Of a DNA stretch of 64,000 nt, positions 39,175 through 47,542 are shown piece after piece. The notes below the pieces were generated by a model. It worked only from the letters and a program-made list of their open reading frames with translations, made no database searches and was not told the DNA's origin. A program made the position numbers and the translations under genes. How positions within the stretch are numbered: the stretch's first letter is position 1; each line of letters starts with the position of its first letter. Origin of the DNA: Dehalococcoidia bacterium (GTDB lineage: Bacteria > Chloroflexota > Dehalococcoidia > GIF9 > AB-539-J10); NCBI GenBank assembly GCA_049678605.1, contig JBAUEM010000113.1:9822-73821 (forward strand). Reading direction: 5' to 3'.

Positions 39175-40542
39175 ATGCGAAGAATGGTCCTCGCAGCTAT
39201 TAGCTGTCTTTTGCTCGTAGGGCTAACTCTACCTGGTTGTGTTACTGAGGTTGACCATCTAGTCGCGCTCACGGTCTCCAGCACAATTGGCGGATCAGTA
39301 ACCGCACCCGGCCAGGGGACTTTTTCCTACGACGCCGGCACGGTGATTAACCTGCTGGCCGAAGCCGAGGCAGGTTACGAGTTTGTCAAGTGGACCGGCG
39401 ATGTGGACACCGTCGCCGATGTCAACGCTGCTGCCACTACCATAACCGTAGACGACGACTACTCCATCGAGGCTGAGTTTGCGGCGATTCCGCCTGTTCA
39501 GTACGACCTCTCCACCTCCAGCACCGCTGGCGGTTCGATAACCACTCCTGGCGAGGGGACTTACACCTATGACGAGGGAATGGTCGTTGACTTGGTAGCA
39601 GAAGCCGAGGAAGGGTATCAGTTCGTCGCCTGGACTGGCGATGTGAGCACCATCGAGAGTGTCGATGCGGCTCAAACCACGATCACTATAGATGACAGCT
39701 ATTCAATCGGTGCCAGCTTCGAGAGAAAATACATCCCCATGATTGCCGGAGGCGCCTGGTATACATTAGGGCTTAAGTCGGACGGCACGGTGGTTGCTGT
39801 GGGATACAACTCCTACGGGCAGTGCAACGTGGGCAACTGGACGGATATCATCCAGGTCGATGGAGGTGGTGACCATACGGTCGGGCTTAAGTCAGACGGC
39901 ACTGTGGTGGCCATCGGATACAATGGCTACGGGCAGTGTAACGTGGGCAACTGGACGGACATCATCCAGGTCGTTGCCGGTAGACAGCATACGGCGGGGC
40001 TGAAGTCAGACGGCACTGTTGTGGCCGCGGGTTTGAACGCGTACGGGCAGTGTAACGTGGGCAACTGGACGGATATCATCCAGGTCGCCGCGGGTGCCAA
40101 CTCGTGGCACACGGTGGGACTTAAGTCTGACGGCACTGTTGTCGCGGTGGGAGGAAACTGGGACGGGGAATGCGATGTCGCAGACTGGACGGGCATCATC
40201 CAGGTCGCTGCCGGCGGTCATCACACGGTGGGGCTCAAGTCCGACGGCACTGTGGTCGCCCTGGGACGGAACAACTATGGAGAGTGTGATGTCAGCAGCT
40301 GGACCGACATCGTGCAAATCGCCGCAGGCTGCCAGCTCACGATAGCGCTTAAGTCCGATGGCACAGTGGTCACCGCGGGATGGAACGACTATGGTCAGCG
40401 CAGTGTCGGCGGCTGGTCGAGTATCATCCAGGTCGCTGCCGGCATGGTACACACGATAGGGCTTAGGTCCGATGGGAGCGTGGCTGCCACGGGAAGCAAC
40501 GGCAATTGGCAGTGCAATGTCGGTGATTGGATGCTGGCCTAG
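39175..40542 (+). CDS. Lipoprotein with two InlB-B-repeat-like domains and a 7-bladed RCC1-like beta-propeller
   Basis: LLVGLTLPGC lipobox. Two GGS(V/I)T.PG.GT..YD.G.V..L.AEAE.GY.FV.WTGDV modules. Seven 38-aa repeats of HTVGLKSDGTVVAVG.N.YGQCNV..WTDIIQVAAG. Confidence 0.8.
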   Translation: MRRMVLAAISCLLLVGLTLPGCVTEVDHLVALTVSSTIGGSVTAPGQGTFSYDAGTVINLLAEAEAGYEFVKWTGDVDTVADVNAAATTITVDDDYSIEAEFAAIPPVQYDLSTSSTAGGSITTPGEGTYTYDEGMVVDLVAEAEEGYQFVAWTGDVSTIESVDAAQTTITIDDSYSIGASFERKYIPMIAGGAWYTLGLKSDGTVVAVGYNSYGQCNVGNWTDIIQVDGGGDHTVGLKSDGTVVAIGYNGYGQCNVGNWTDIIQVVAGRQHTAGLKSDGTVVAAGLNAYGQCNVGNWTDIIQVAAGANSWHTVGLKSDGTVVAVGGNWDGECDVADWTGIIQVAAGGHHTVGLKSDGTVVALGRNNYGECDVSSWTDIVQIAAGCQLTIALKSDGTVVTAGWNDYGQRSVGGWSSIIQVAAGMVHTIGLRSDGSVAATGSNGNWQCNVGDWMLA

Positions 40543-40671
40543 GCTTGCGCCGTATACCCCGGCCGTTATGGGCCAGGATAGGACAGGATAACCATTGCAG
40601 GCAGGCGTAAGATGGATGGCCATCTTACATTCTGAGGTGCTCCCTTCTTGCCGTTGCGACTGGCGAGCCGT

Positions 40672-41372
40672 CAGGGCGGGGCTCGTCCCCGCCCACAAGG
40701 CGAGGATAAACATCGCCACTACATCAATATCTATCGGACCTCGTCACCATAATTCAATACCGTAGGGGCGGGGCTCGTCCCCGCCCACAAGGCGAGGATA
40801 AACATCGCCACTAGATCAATATATATCGCACCTCGTCACCATAATTCAATACCTTATGGGCGGGTCTTGTACCCGCCCATCGAACGTTTTGAGCATTGGT
40901 ATTTCATGTTTTGATATTGCTTGGGCCTGTCCTGAGCCGGCCGATAGGCGGGGATAAACCCCGCCACTACAGCAATATATATCGCACCTCGTCACCATAA
41001 TTCAATACCTTATGGGCGGGGATAAACCCCGCCACTACAGCAATATGTGTGGCCCTCGTAACCATGATTCAATACCGTAGGGGCGGGTCTTGTACCCGCC
41101 CTCAAGGCGGGGATAAACCCCGCCACTAGATCAATATATATCGCACCTCGTCACCATAATTCAATACCGTAGGGGCGGGGCTCGTCCCCGCCCACAAGGC
41201 GAGGATAAACATCGCCACTACATCAATATCTATCGGACCTCGTCACCATAATTCAATACCGTAGGGGCGGGGCTTGTACCCGCCCTCAAGGCGGAGATAA
41301 ACTCCGCCACTACATGCATAATTATTGTGGATCTACGTTTCAACGTCGTAGGGGCGGGTCTTGTACCCGCCC
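40672..41372. repeat. Array of about 8 composite REP/REPIN-like units (about 90 bp each) upstream of the RAYT gene
   Basis: Units start near 40672, 40762, 40854, 41011, 41078, 41169, 41261 and 41348. Each unit has GTAG-GGGCGGG-N5-7-CCCGCCC followed by the inverted GGCGGGG-ATAAA-CCCCGCC-ACTAC, then a conserved spacer of about 45 bp (atcaatat.tatcg.acctcgtcaccataattcaatacc). Confidence 0.85.
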
Positions 41373-41404
41373 GTTGGTGTTGCTAACATTATCACGGTCT
41401 TCAA

Positions 41405-41872
41405 ATGAACCCAAAACATCGTCAAAAGATTCGCCTTGACTCCGAAATATATCGAACTCCTAACCTACCTTGTTTTGTCACCATAACTACCAAGGGGAAA
41501 CAGGCAATCTTTTCTCACCGAAATGTCGCTCAGAATTTCGTGGCCTTGCTGAGGATAATATGTAAAGAGAATAGTATCCCGCTTTATGCATATTGTGTCA
41601 TGCCAGACCACGTTCATCTCTTGGTAAGTGCTTCGGAGACGAAAGGCATCATCGAGTTTGTCAGGGAAACAAAGAGCCTTTCTACCAGGTTAGCTTGGCA
41701 ACACGGCTACAAAGGACCTATTTGGCAAAGAAGTTTTTACGACCATTTTTTGCGGCGAGACGAAGATTGCATGCTGGTTGCCAAATACATCGTTGGTAAC
41801 CCGGTGAGAAAAGGTATCGTTGAACATTGGCAGGACTATCCATTTTCAGGGTCGCTAGTCTACGAGTTGTAG
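41405..41872 (+). CDS. REP-associated tyrosine transposase (RAYT; IS200/IS605-like Y1 HUH transposase)
   Basis: YAYCVMPDHVHLLV (HUH), WQRSFYDH (catalytic Tyr region), YIVGNPVRKGIV tail. Flanked by inverted REPs at 41348-41372 and 41881-41905. Confidence 0.85.
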   Translation: MNPKHRQKIRLDSEIYRTPNLPCFVTITTKGKQAIFSHRNVAQNFVALLRIICKENSIPLYAYCVMPDHVHLLVSASETKGIIEFVRETKSLSTRLAWQHGYKGPIWQRSFYDHFLRRDEDCMLVAKYIVGNPVRKGIVEHWQDYPFSGSLVYEL

Positions 41873-41880
41873 GTGATTTC

Positions 41881-42476
41881 GGGAGGGTACAAGACCCTCC
41901 CCTACTTAAGGGGGGTTAGAGGGCAACGAATACCACCATTCCCCCACGCCCACAAGGCGGGGATAAACCCCGCCACTGCCGACTCGTCAGGGCCGTGGCG
42001 GGAAGAGGGGTGGGGCCCGTCCCCGCCCGCTCAACAAATGTAGTGCGAGGCTTTAGCCTCGTGCACGGGCGGAACGCCACGACCTTAAAAGGTCGCACTA
42101 CAATCGGGTTTGGGACTCGAGGCGTCGGCCTCGTACCCGCCCACAAGGCGAGGATAAACCCCGCCACTACAGCAATATGTATGGCCCTCGTAACCATGAT
42201 TCAATATCGTAGGGGCGGGTCTTGTACCCGCCCATCGAACGTTTTGAGCATTGGCATTTCATGTTTTGATATTGTTTAGGCCTGTCCTGAGCCTTGTCGA
42301 AGGAATTTCGTGCTTGGGATTTAGGGCCGGCTGTTGCACCGGCCCGCGAGGTGACTGCGCCCGCACCGTCGCCACTCCCAGAGGCGGAGATGAACTCCGC
42401 CACTACATCAATAATATGTGTGGCGCCTGGTCACCATAATTCGATACGGTAGGGGCGGGTCTCGTACCCGCCCTCA
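41881..42476. repeat. REP/REPIN-like array downstream of the RAYT gene
   Basis: Starts with the inverted REP gggagggtacaagaccctcccctac. Further GGCGGGGATAAACCCCGCC, GTAGGGGCGGGTCTTGTACCCGCCC and GGCGGAGATGAACTCCGCC hairpins. Includes a copy of the 60-bp insert also seen at 40879-40940. Confidence 0.8.
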
Positions 42477-42533
42477 AGACTTACCACTGCAAAATCTTTG
42501 AAAAAGTTCCCTAGAGATAGATTCGACAACTAC

Positions 42534-42562
42534 TTGACAAGGTCTGCCAAGGATGGTATGCT
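42534..42562 (+). promoter_or_regulatory. Candidate sigma70-type promoter (TTGACA-17-TATGCT)
   Basis: Read directly: ttgaca aggtctgccaaggatgg tatgct. Confidence 0.4.
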
Positions 42563-42727
42563 TTTAATTGAGGTTTAGGTTAGCGCTTGTGAAAGGGGGT
42601 TTGTGGCAAGTCAGAGTAGGGAGTTGACAGTGGAGCGGGTGCTTATCCAGGAATTGCGGGGAATGTGACCGGTAGCCGGCCAGGGGAGGAGCAACAAGCG
42701 TGTTTTCCAAAAAATCTCGCGAAAGTC

Positions 42728-42756
42728 TTGACAGTGCCACTGGAGGTTGATATTAT
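42728..42756 (+). promoter_or_regulatory. Candidate strong sigma70-type promoter (TTGACA-17-TATTAT), about 360 nt upstream of the 43117 start
   Basis: Read directly: ttgaca gtgccactggaggttga tattat. The leader contains an 11-bp inverted repeat, tgtagttgccc...gggcaactaca, at about 43013-43060. Confidence 0.55.
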
Positions 42757-43116
42757 GTTGACTAACGTGTTGGCGATGGCGGGGCAAGCATCACTTGATT
42801 TATGTTACCGCTTGATTTATCCCGCTGGCCAAGGAGAGGGGCGGATGGGGCTGACGAGCAGGACGACTATTTCTGCCCACGGAGCATCCTCCACAAGGAG
42901 GGTGCCGGTCGGTACTGGGCAATAAACAACACCTCAAATGTTTCTGGGGTGGAGCGAAAATAGACAAAGCAAGTGAAAACAAACACAAAAATCGGAAAGA
43001 GGCTGTTTACATAATGTAGTTGCCCACCAGGCAACCGAGCAGGATGAATCGGGCAACTACAAAATCAAACAGCCTGAAACTCAGGAAAAACCTGAGAACA
43101 TGAAAGGAGGAAAGAA

Positions 43117-44682
43117 GTGAGAAAGATAATCAGTATTGTGTTAGCTCTAGGCCTGATACTGGCCCTGAGCGCGGCGGCTGTGCCGGTAGGAGCGCAGCCA
43201 CCACCCTGCGCCACGATTATAGCTTCCAATAACTGCTCGGGCTCTACGGCAGAATACACCATCACCTACGACGCCCCCGTGACGCTGGAGCCAGTCAATG
43301 ACCTGCTCTCGGTAACGTTCCCGACAGGCACCACGTTCGGCACATTCGTCGCTGGCGACATTACAGTCAACACCTTTGATGTCGACTTAACCACGCTTGT
43401 GGTGACCGACACCAAACTAGTGTTCCAGGTCCCGCCGGCGGCAGGTGTGATTGTGGCCGACGACCCGGTTGTGATCGTCATAGGCGGGGTGGTTAATGGC
43501 CCAGCGGGGACCAACGGCATATGTCTGGACTACGACCTCGACTGCTGTGGCGAGGTGGAGTTCTGTTGCATCGCCTACACCATCGTTCCGGCGATTCACG
43601 AGTTGGGCTTCCATTTTGACTTCAGCCCAACGTACGTGGGCCTGGCTGAGGACTTCATACCGCCATTCAAGGCCTGCGGTCAGACTGGCTTTGGCCACCC
43701 TGAAGCCGGTGTCGGAGATGTGACCGACTTCGACATCATCTTGAGAGCCGACGTAGCGGGCTGCGCTCCTCCGTGCACTAACGCCACCATGTGGTTCGTG
43801 CTGACGAAGTGTCCGGCGGGCGAAGTTATCACCTTTGACTTTGACGGAGCTACGTTCACACTGACTGCTGCCAACATTACCGACCCAGAGACGAAGATCG
43901 CATTACCTAACGTTATAATGCCCCCTCCCACTCCCGACTTCGTTATGCCCGCCTGGATCCACTTCTCATCGCCGGGCGAGTATGAACTCTGCTTCTATCT
44001 GGAGTGCCCGGCTGTCCCTTGTCTAGCGGGAGTGCAGATAGTTGCTGAGAAGTGTCTGGCTGCCAAGGTTTACCAGTGGAAGGACGCTTACAAGATACCA
44101 CTGTACCGCAAGTGGAACCTCATCTCCCTGCCTCTTGTTCCCCTTGTCGACCCGCCTATCGCCGATATGCTGAAGGCTTACATGTGGGAGAAAGACGTTA
44201 TGAGCATCTGGCACTTTGACCAGTGTACGGATGAATGGTACGTGTACCCAACCCCTGGCGCTGATCAGCAGGCCCTCACCGATTTGGTGGACGGCAAGTC
44301 GTACTGGGTCCGCATAGTCTATAACTCGACTCACATCGCGGGCTCGCCGGCTGATGGACTGTGGACATGGGGCACGGGGAAACCAGTGCCACCAGCCTCA
44401 CCGTCAGCTTACCCCGTGTGCACCGGCTGGAACATGGTCGGCTACACGGAGACGACTTGGATCGCCGGCTTCCCAGGAGCTGGAATGTGGGATGCCAACT
44501 ACCTGTGGAACTGGTATGACCTCATATTAGCGTGGGCTGACTACGGCACAGTCTCTGGATGGGATGCCACAACGCAGACCTGGTGGTCATACCTTCCCAG
44601 TTTTGGCTGGTTCCCTTGGATTGGGCTGGGTGAAGGTTACTGGATCTCATTCGAGCACGACGGGATGATTTATCCTCCGTAG
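43117..44682 (+). CDS. Secreted protein of unknown family (candidate abundant surface/S-layer-type protein)
   Basis: GTG start 6 nt after aggagg. Signal peptide MRKIISIVLALGLILALSAAAVPVGAQ. Trp-rich C-terminal third. No family recognised. Confidence 0.6.
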   Translation: MRKIISIVLALGLILALSAAAVPVGAQPPPCATIIASNNCSGSTAEYTITYDAPVTLEPVNDLLSVTFPTGTTFGTFVAGDITVNTFDVDLTTLVVTDTKLVFQVPPAAGVIVADDPVVIVIGGVVNGPAGTNGICLDYDLDCCGEVEFCCIAYTIVPAIHELGFHFDFSPTYVGLAEDFIPPFKACGQTGFGHPEAGVGDVTDFDIILRADVAGCAPPCTNATMWFVLTKCPAGEVITFDFDGATFTLTAANITDPETKIALPNVIMPPPTPDFVMPAWIHFSSPGEYELCFYLECPAVPCLAGVQIVAEKCLAAKVYQWKDAYKIPLYRKWNLISLPLVPLVDPPIADMLKAYMWEKDVMSIWHFDQCTDEWYVYPTPGADQQALTDLVDGKSYWVRIVYNSTHIAGSPADGLWTWGTGKPVPPASPSAYPVCTGWNMVGYTETTWIAGFPGAGMWDANYLWNWYDLILAWADYGTVSGWDATTQTWWSYLPSFGWFPWIGLGEGYWISFEHDGMIYPP

Positions 44683-44702
44683 TAATCTAGAGTGTTAGTA
44701 AT

Positions 44703-45863
44703 ATGATCAGGCAGACAAGCGGAAATGACTTAAGGAGAAGAAGGGCCAGCCGGCTGGCGGGAGCCCTCGGGCTCCTGCTGGCCCTGGTTCTCATAGGTGG
44801 CGGCATCCTGCCGGTCTATGTGAGTGCTCAAGGCATCCCGCCAATGCCAATGGGCCTGGCGGGCACGGTGAGCACTCTCACCCCAGCGGGGCCGGTGCCG
44901 GCAGGGACGCTGGTGCAGGCTTTTGTGGGCGCTGAGTTGCGAGTTCAGACGACCACCGACGCCGAGGGCAAATACTTCTTCCTGGTGCCGGGCCCTGACC
45001 CCGGGGCGATCACGTTCAAGGTGGACGGTGTGCTGGCACAGGAAAGCATTGTCTGGGAGTCCGGTGAACTGAACTATGACTTCGACCTGACGATTGCCTC
45101 GCTGCCATCGGTTTCTTATAGCCTGACCATGGCGGTGAGTCCGGCTGGTACAGGAAATGCGACTGATATGACCAATACATCTCCCTATGCAGCCGGTGTT
45201 GGAGTCAGCATAAAAGCGGAACCCGCCGCAGGCTACCGGTTTATCAACTGGACAGCGCCGGCGGGCTCGTTCGCCAGTGCCAGTTCCGCCACGACCACGT
45301 TCACCATGCCGGGTCAGGATGTAACGGTCACCGCCAACTTCGAGGAGGGTGTGTTCTACGCCCTGACCATGGCAGCGTCCCCTGTGATGGGTGGGACGGC
45401 GACCGATGTCACCGGTGCTTCGCCTTACGAAGAAGGTGAGGTTGTCAGCATACAAGCGGCAGCCGCATCGGGCTACCAGTTTGTTAGGTGGACAGCGACT
45501 GCGGGCGCATTCAGTAATGCCAATGCCGCGTCGACTATCTTCCAAATGCCCGGTGCAGACGTAACCGTCACCGCCAACTTCGAGGTTGTGACTACTAGTG
45601 GCCTAGGTTGCTTCATCGCCACCGCAGCCTACGGAAGTCCGACCGCACAGGAAATAGAAATTCTGCGTGAGTTCAGAGACGTGGTCTTGCTGCCCAACGG
45701 TTTAGGCGCTGAATTGGTATCTCTCTACTATAGAATCAGTCCTCCCATAGCCGAGTTTATCTCCCAACACGAAGTTGTGAGAACAGCGGTGAGGGTGGGC
45801 TTGGTTGACCCAATTGTCGCCATATTAAGTTGGAGCCGTGATTTGTGGGGGGAGAGAGGCTGA
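44703..45863 (+). CDS. Secreted protein with two InlB-B-repeat-like domains and a C-terminal CFIATAAYG-type domain
   Basis: Arg-rich n-region plus hydrophobic core. Two ...GY.F(I/V).WTA.AG.F......[14 protein letters not shown] modules. C-terminal [25 protein letters not shown] motif. Confidence 0.65.
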   Translation: MIRQTSGNDLRRRRASRLAGALGLLLALVLIGGGILPVYVSAQGIPPMPMGLAGTVSTLTPAGPVPAGTLVQAFVGAELRVQTTTDAEGKYFFLVPGPDPGAITFKVDGVLAQESIVWESGELNYDFDLTIASLPSVSYSLTMAVSPAGTGNATDMTNTSPYAAGVGVSIKAEPAAGYRFINWTAPAGSFASASSATTTFTMPGQDVTVTANFEEGVFYALTMAASPVMGGTATDVTGASPYEEGEVVSIQAAAASGYQFVRWTATAGAFSNANAASTIFQMPGADVTVTANFEVVTTSGLGCFIATAAYGSPTAQEIEILREFRDVVLLPNGLGAELVSLYYRISPPIAEFISQHEVVRTAVRVGLVDPIVAILSWSRDLWGERG

Positions 45864-45993
45864 TGAGCGTAAGAAGTGTTTCTGAACATTGTGTCTGCCT
45901 GAACATAGGGAACAGGATAGATTGTATGCAAAAATCAGAAAATCGGACGATGATAATGATAAAGAGGGCTAAGAGCCTAGAAAGGAGGATCAG

Positions 45994-46416
45994 GTGAGAA
46001 AGTTAATCAGTATAGGTCTTATTCTTGCGTTACTGGTCACTTTTATGGTGCCTGTTGTCGTGGGGGCACAAGACGACGAGTGCTGCGACTACACGCCGCC
46101 GGATGGCGGGCCGCTGCCCGCAAAAACGACTAAGACGCTGGCTGGAGCTGCCGTCTGGACTTACCTCGGTGTCCAGGACATCATGGGGCGGGCTGTTTGT
46201 GCCACTACGGGACACATGGCTGCCAACTTGGGAGGTTGGTCTGACGAGTTGGGCGTCATAGCTGTTGATGTCTCAGCGTCGGTGCTGGATGGACTCGCGG
46301 GCCTTGTCGAAGCCGCGATAGAACAGTTCCTTCCCGATTACGGGGACTTGGGCACTTCGATAGGCGACATGCTCCGGGGCATAGCTGATGCAATCGGAGG
46401 TACCACCGAAGAGTGA
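45994..46416 (+). CDS. Small secreted protein (140 aa)
   Basis: GTG after aggagg. The first 20 nt (gtgagaaagttaatcagtat) are almost identical to the start of the 43117 gene. Signal peptide MRKLISIGLILALLVTFMVPVVVGAQ. Confidence 0.5.
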   Translation: MRKLISIGLILALLVTFMVPVVVGAQDDECCDYTPPDGGPLPAKTTKTLAGAAVWTYLGVQDIMGRAVCATTGHMAANLGGWSDELGVIAVDVSASVLDGLAGLVEAAIEQFLPDYGDLGTSIGDMLRGIADAIGGTTEE

Positions 46417-46467
46417 CCCCGGTAACAGTGACGTAAGACTTTTGCTCGGTTGCCGATGAAAATACAA

Positions 46468-46490
46468 GGGGGCAGCGTGAAGCTGCCCCC
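46468..46490 (+). terminator. Stem-loop terminator candidate after the secreted-protein operon
   Basis: gggggcagc-gtgaa-gctgccccc is a perfect 9-bp GC-rich stem, but it is followed only by ttc (weak T tract). Confidence 0.5.
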
Positions 46491-46497
46491 TTCAGCA

Positions 46498-47450
46498 TCC
46501 TAAACAAATACCAAATACCAAAGTCGCTCCGCTCCAAATCCTAAATTCCAGGTTTCAAATTGAAAACCGTTTAGCCCTTTGGAATCTGGTTATTCGCCGG
46601 TGTTTCGTCAGGCGGGGATCAACCCCGCCACTACATTTGCCATTGTTTGCGGTTTTTAGCTTGATCTGGCATTTGAATTTCGTCATTTGATATTGTTTAG
46701 GATTTAGAAATTGGGATTTGGAATTTCCCCTTCGGGGCCTGTAGGGGCGGGTCTTGTACCCGCCCGCTGGTGGGATTGCGCACTCCGACTTGTCGGGGCG
46801 CGCAATCCCACGCCCCACCGCGAGATTGCTTCGTCCTGCCACGCTTCGCTCGCAGCTTCGGCATCGCTCGTCGCAATGACCCCCCACTTGTCATTGCGAG
46901 CGAAGCGTGGCAATCCCACAGCTCAAATTCTAAATCCTAATCTCTAAGCTCTAAACAAATCCCAATACCGAAGTTCAAATCTCCAAACCGTTTCGCTCAT
47001 TGAGCTTTTGGTCGTTCGATATTGTTTAGGATTTAGAAATTGGGATTTGGAATTTCCCCTTCGGGGCCTGTAGGGGCGGGTCTTGTACCCGCCCGAGGAG
47101 GCGGGGATGAACCCCGCCACTACACTCCAAATCCCGTCAAAATGCAAAAATAAAAGTGCAAAATGACAGAGCAAAGGTTAAAGGTTTTGCATTTTGAGTT
47201 GTCATTTTGATTTTTGAATTTCGATATTGTTTGGGATTTCCCGATTTTATCGGGATTAGGATTTAGAGTTTCCCCTTCAGGGCCTGATAGCCCTTTCCTT
47301 CTTGTCATTGCGAGCCCCGACAAGTCGGGGCGTGGCAATCCCATGGCCCACCACGAGATTGCTTCGGCTGACTAAAGTCAGCCTCGCAAAGACGGGAGGG
47401 AGGGATTGCTTCGTCGCTACACTCCTCGCAATAACGCAGAATTTCTACCG
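46498..47450. repeat. Dense cluster of several interspersed repeat families (REP hairpins, cattgcgag/ggcaatcc palindromes, AT-rich caaatcc units)
   Basis: Includes GGCGGGGATCAACCCCGCCACTAC (46612) and GTAGGGGCGGGTCTTGTACCCGCCC (46741 and 47071). Also gtcattgcgagcgaagcgtggcaatccc (46890), gtcattgcgagccccgacaagtcggggcgtggcaatccc (47303), and a near-duplicate block 46690-46770 versus 47020-47100. Confidence 0.8.
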
Positions 47451-47542
47451 TTCAGGGTGCGTGTTTAATGTCTCGTGGTCACACACAACATCCCCAGCTT
47501 GTGTAATGAGGCAACAATCCAAGCTAATGTACAGTTTCGCCC

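Noticed and set aside
40006-40719. 237-aa minus-strand ORF and other internal ORFs overlapping the 39175..40542 RCC1 gene
   Set aside because: Same reasoning: a shadow of a GC-rich repetitive gene. Its 5' part runs into the REP array.
40672-41372. Regularly spaced repeats of about 90 bp that could be mistaken for a CRISPR array
   Set aside because: The about-45-bp segments between the hairpins are nearly identical from unit to unit, so they are not unique spacers. The repeats are GC palindromes preceded by GTAG. No cas genes are in the window, and a RAYT gene is adjacent. REP/REPIN is the better explanation.
42665-42925. 86-aa ORF inside the long leader of the 43117 operon
   Set aside because: No RBS. 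It straddles the predicted promoter. Its composition is not protein-like. It is better explained as untranslated structured leader.
44730-45545. 271-aa minus-strand ORF antisense to the B-repeat/CFIATAAYG protein gene
   Set aside because: Arg/Gly/Pro-rich translation with no motif. The sense ORF has a signal peptide and recognisable domains.
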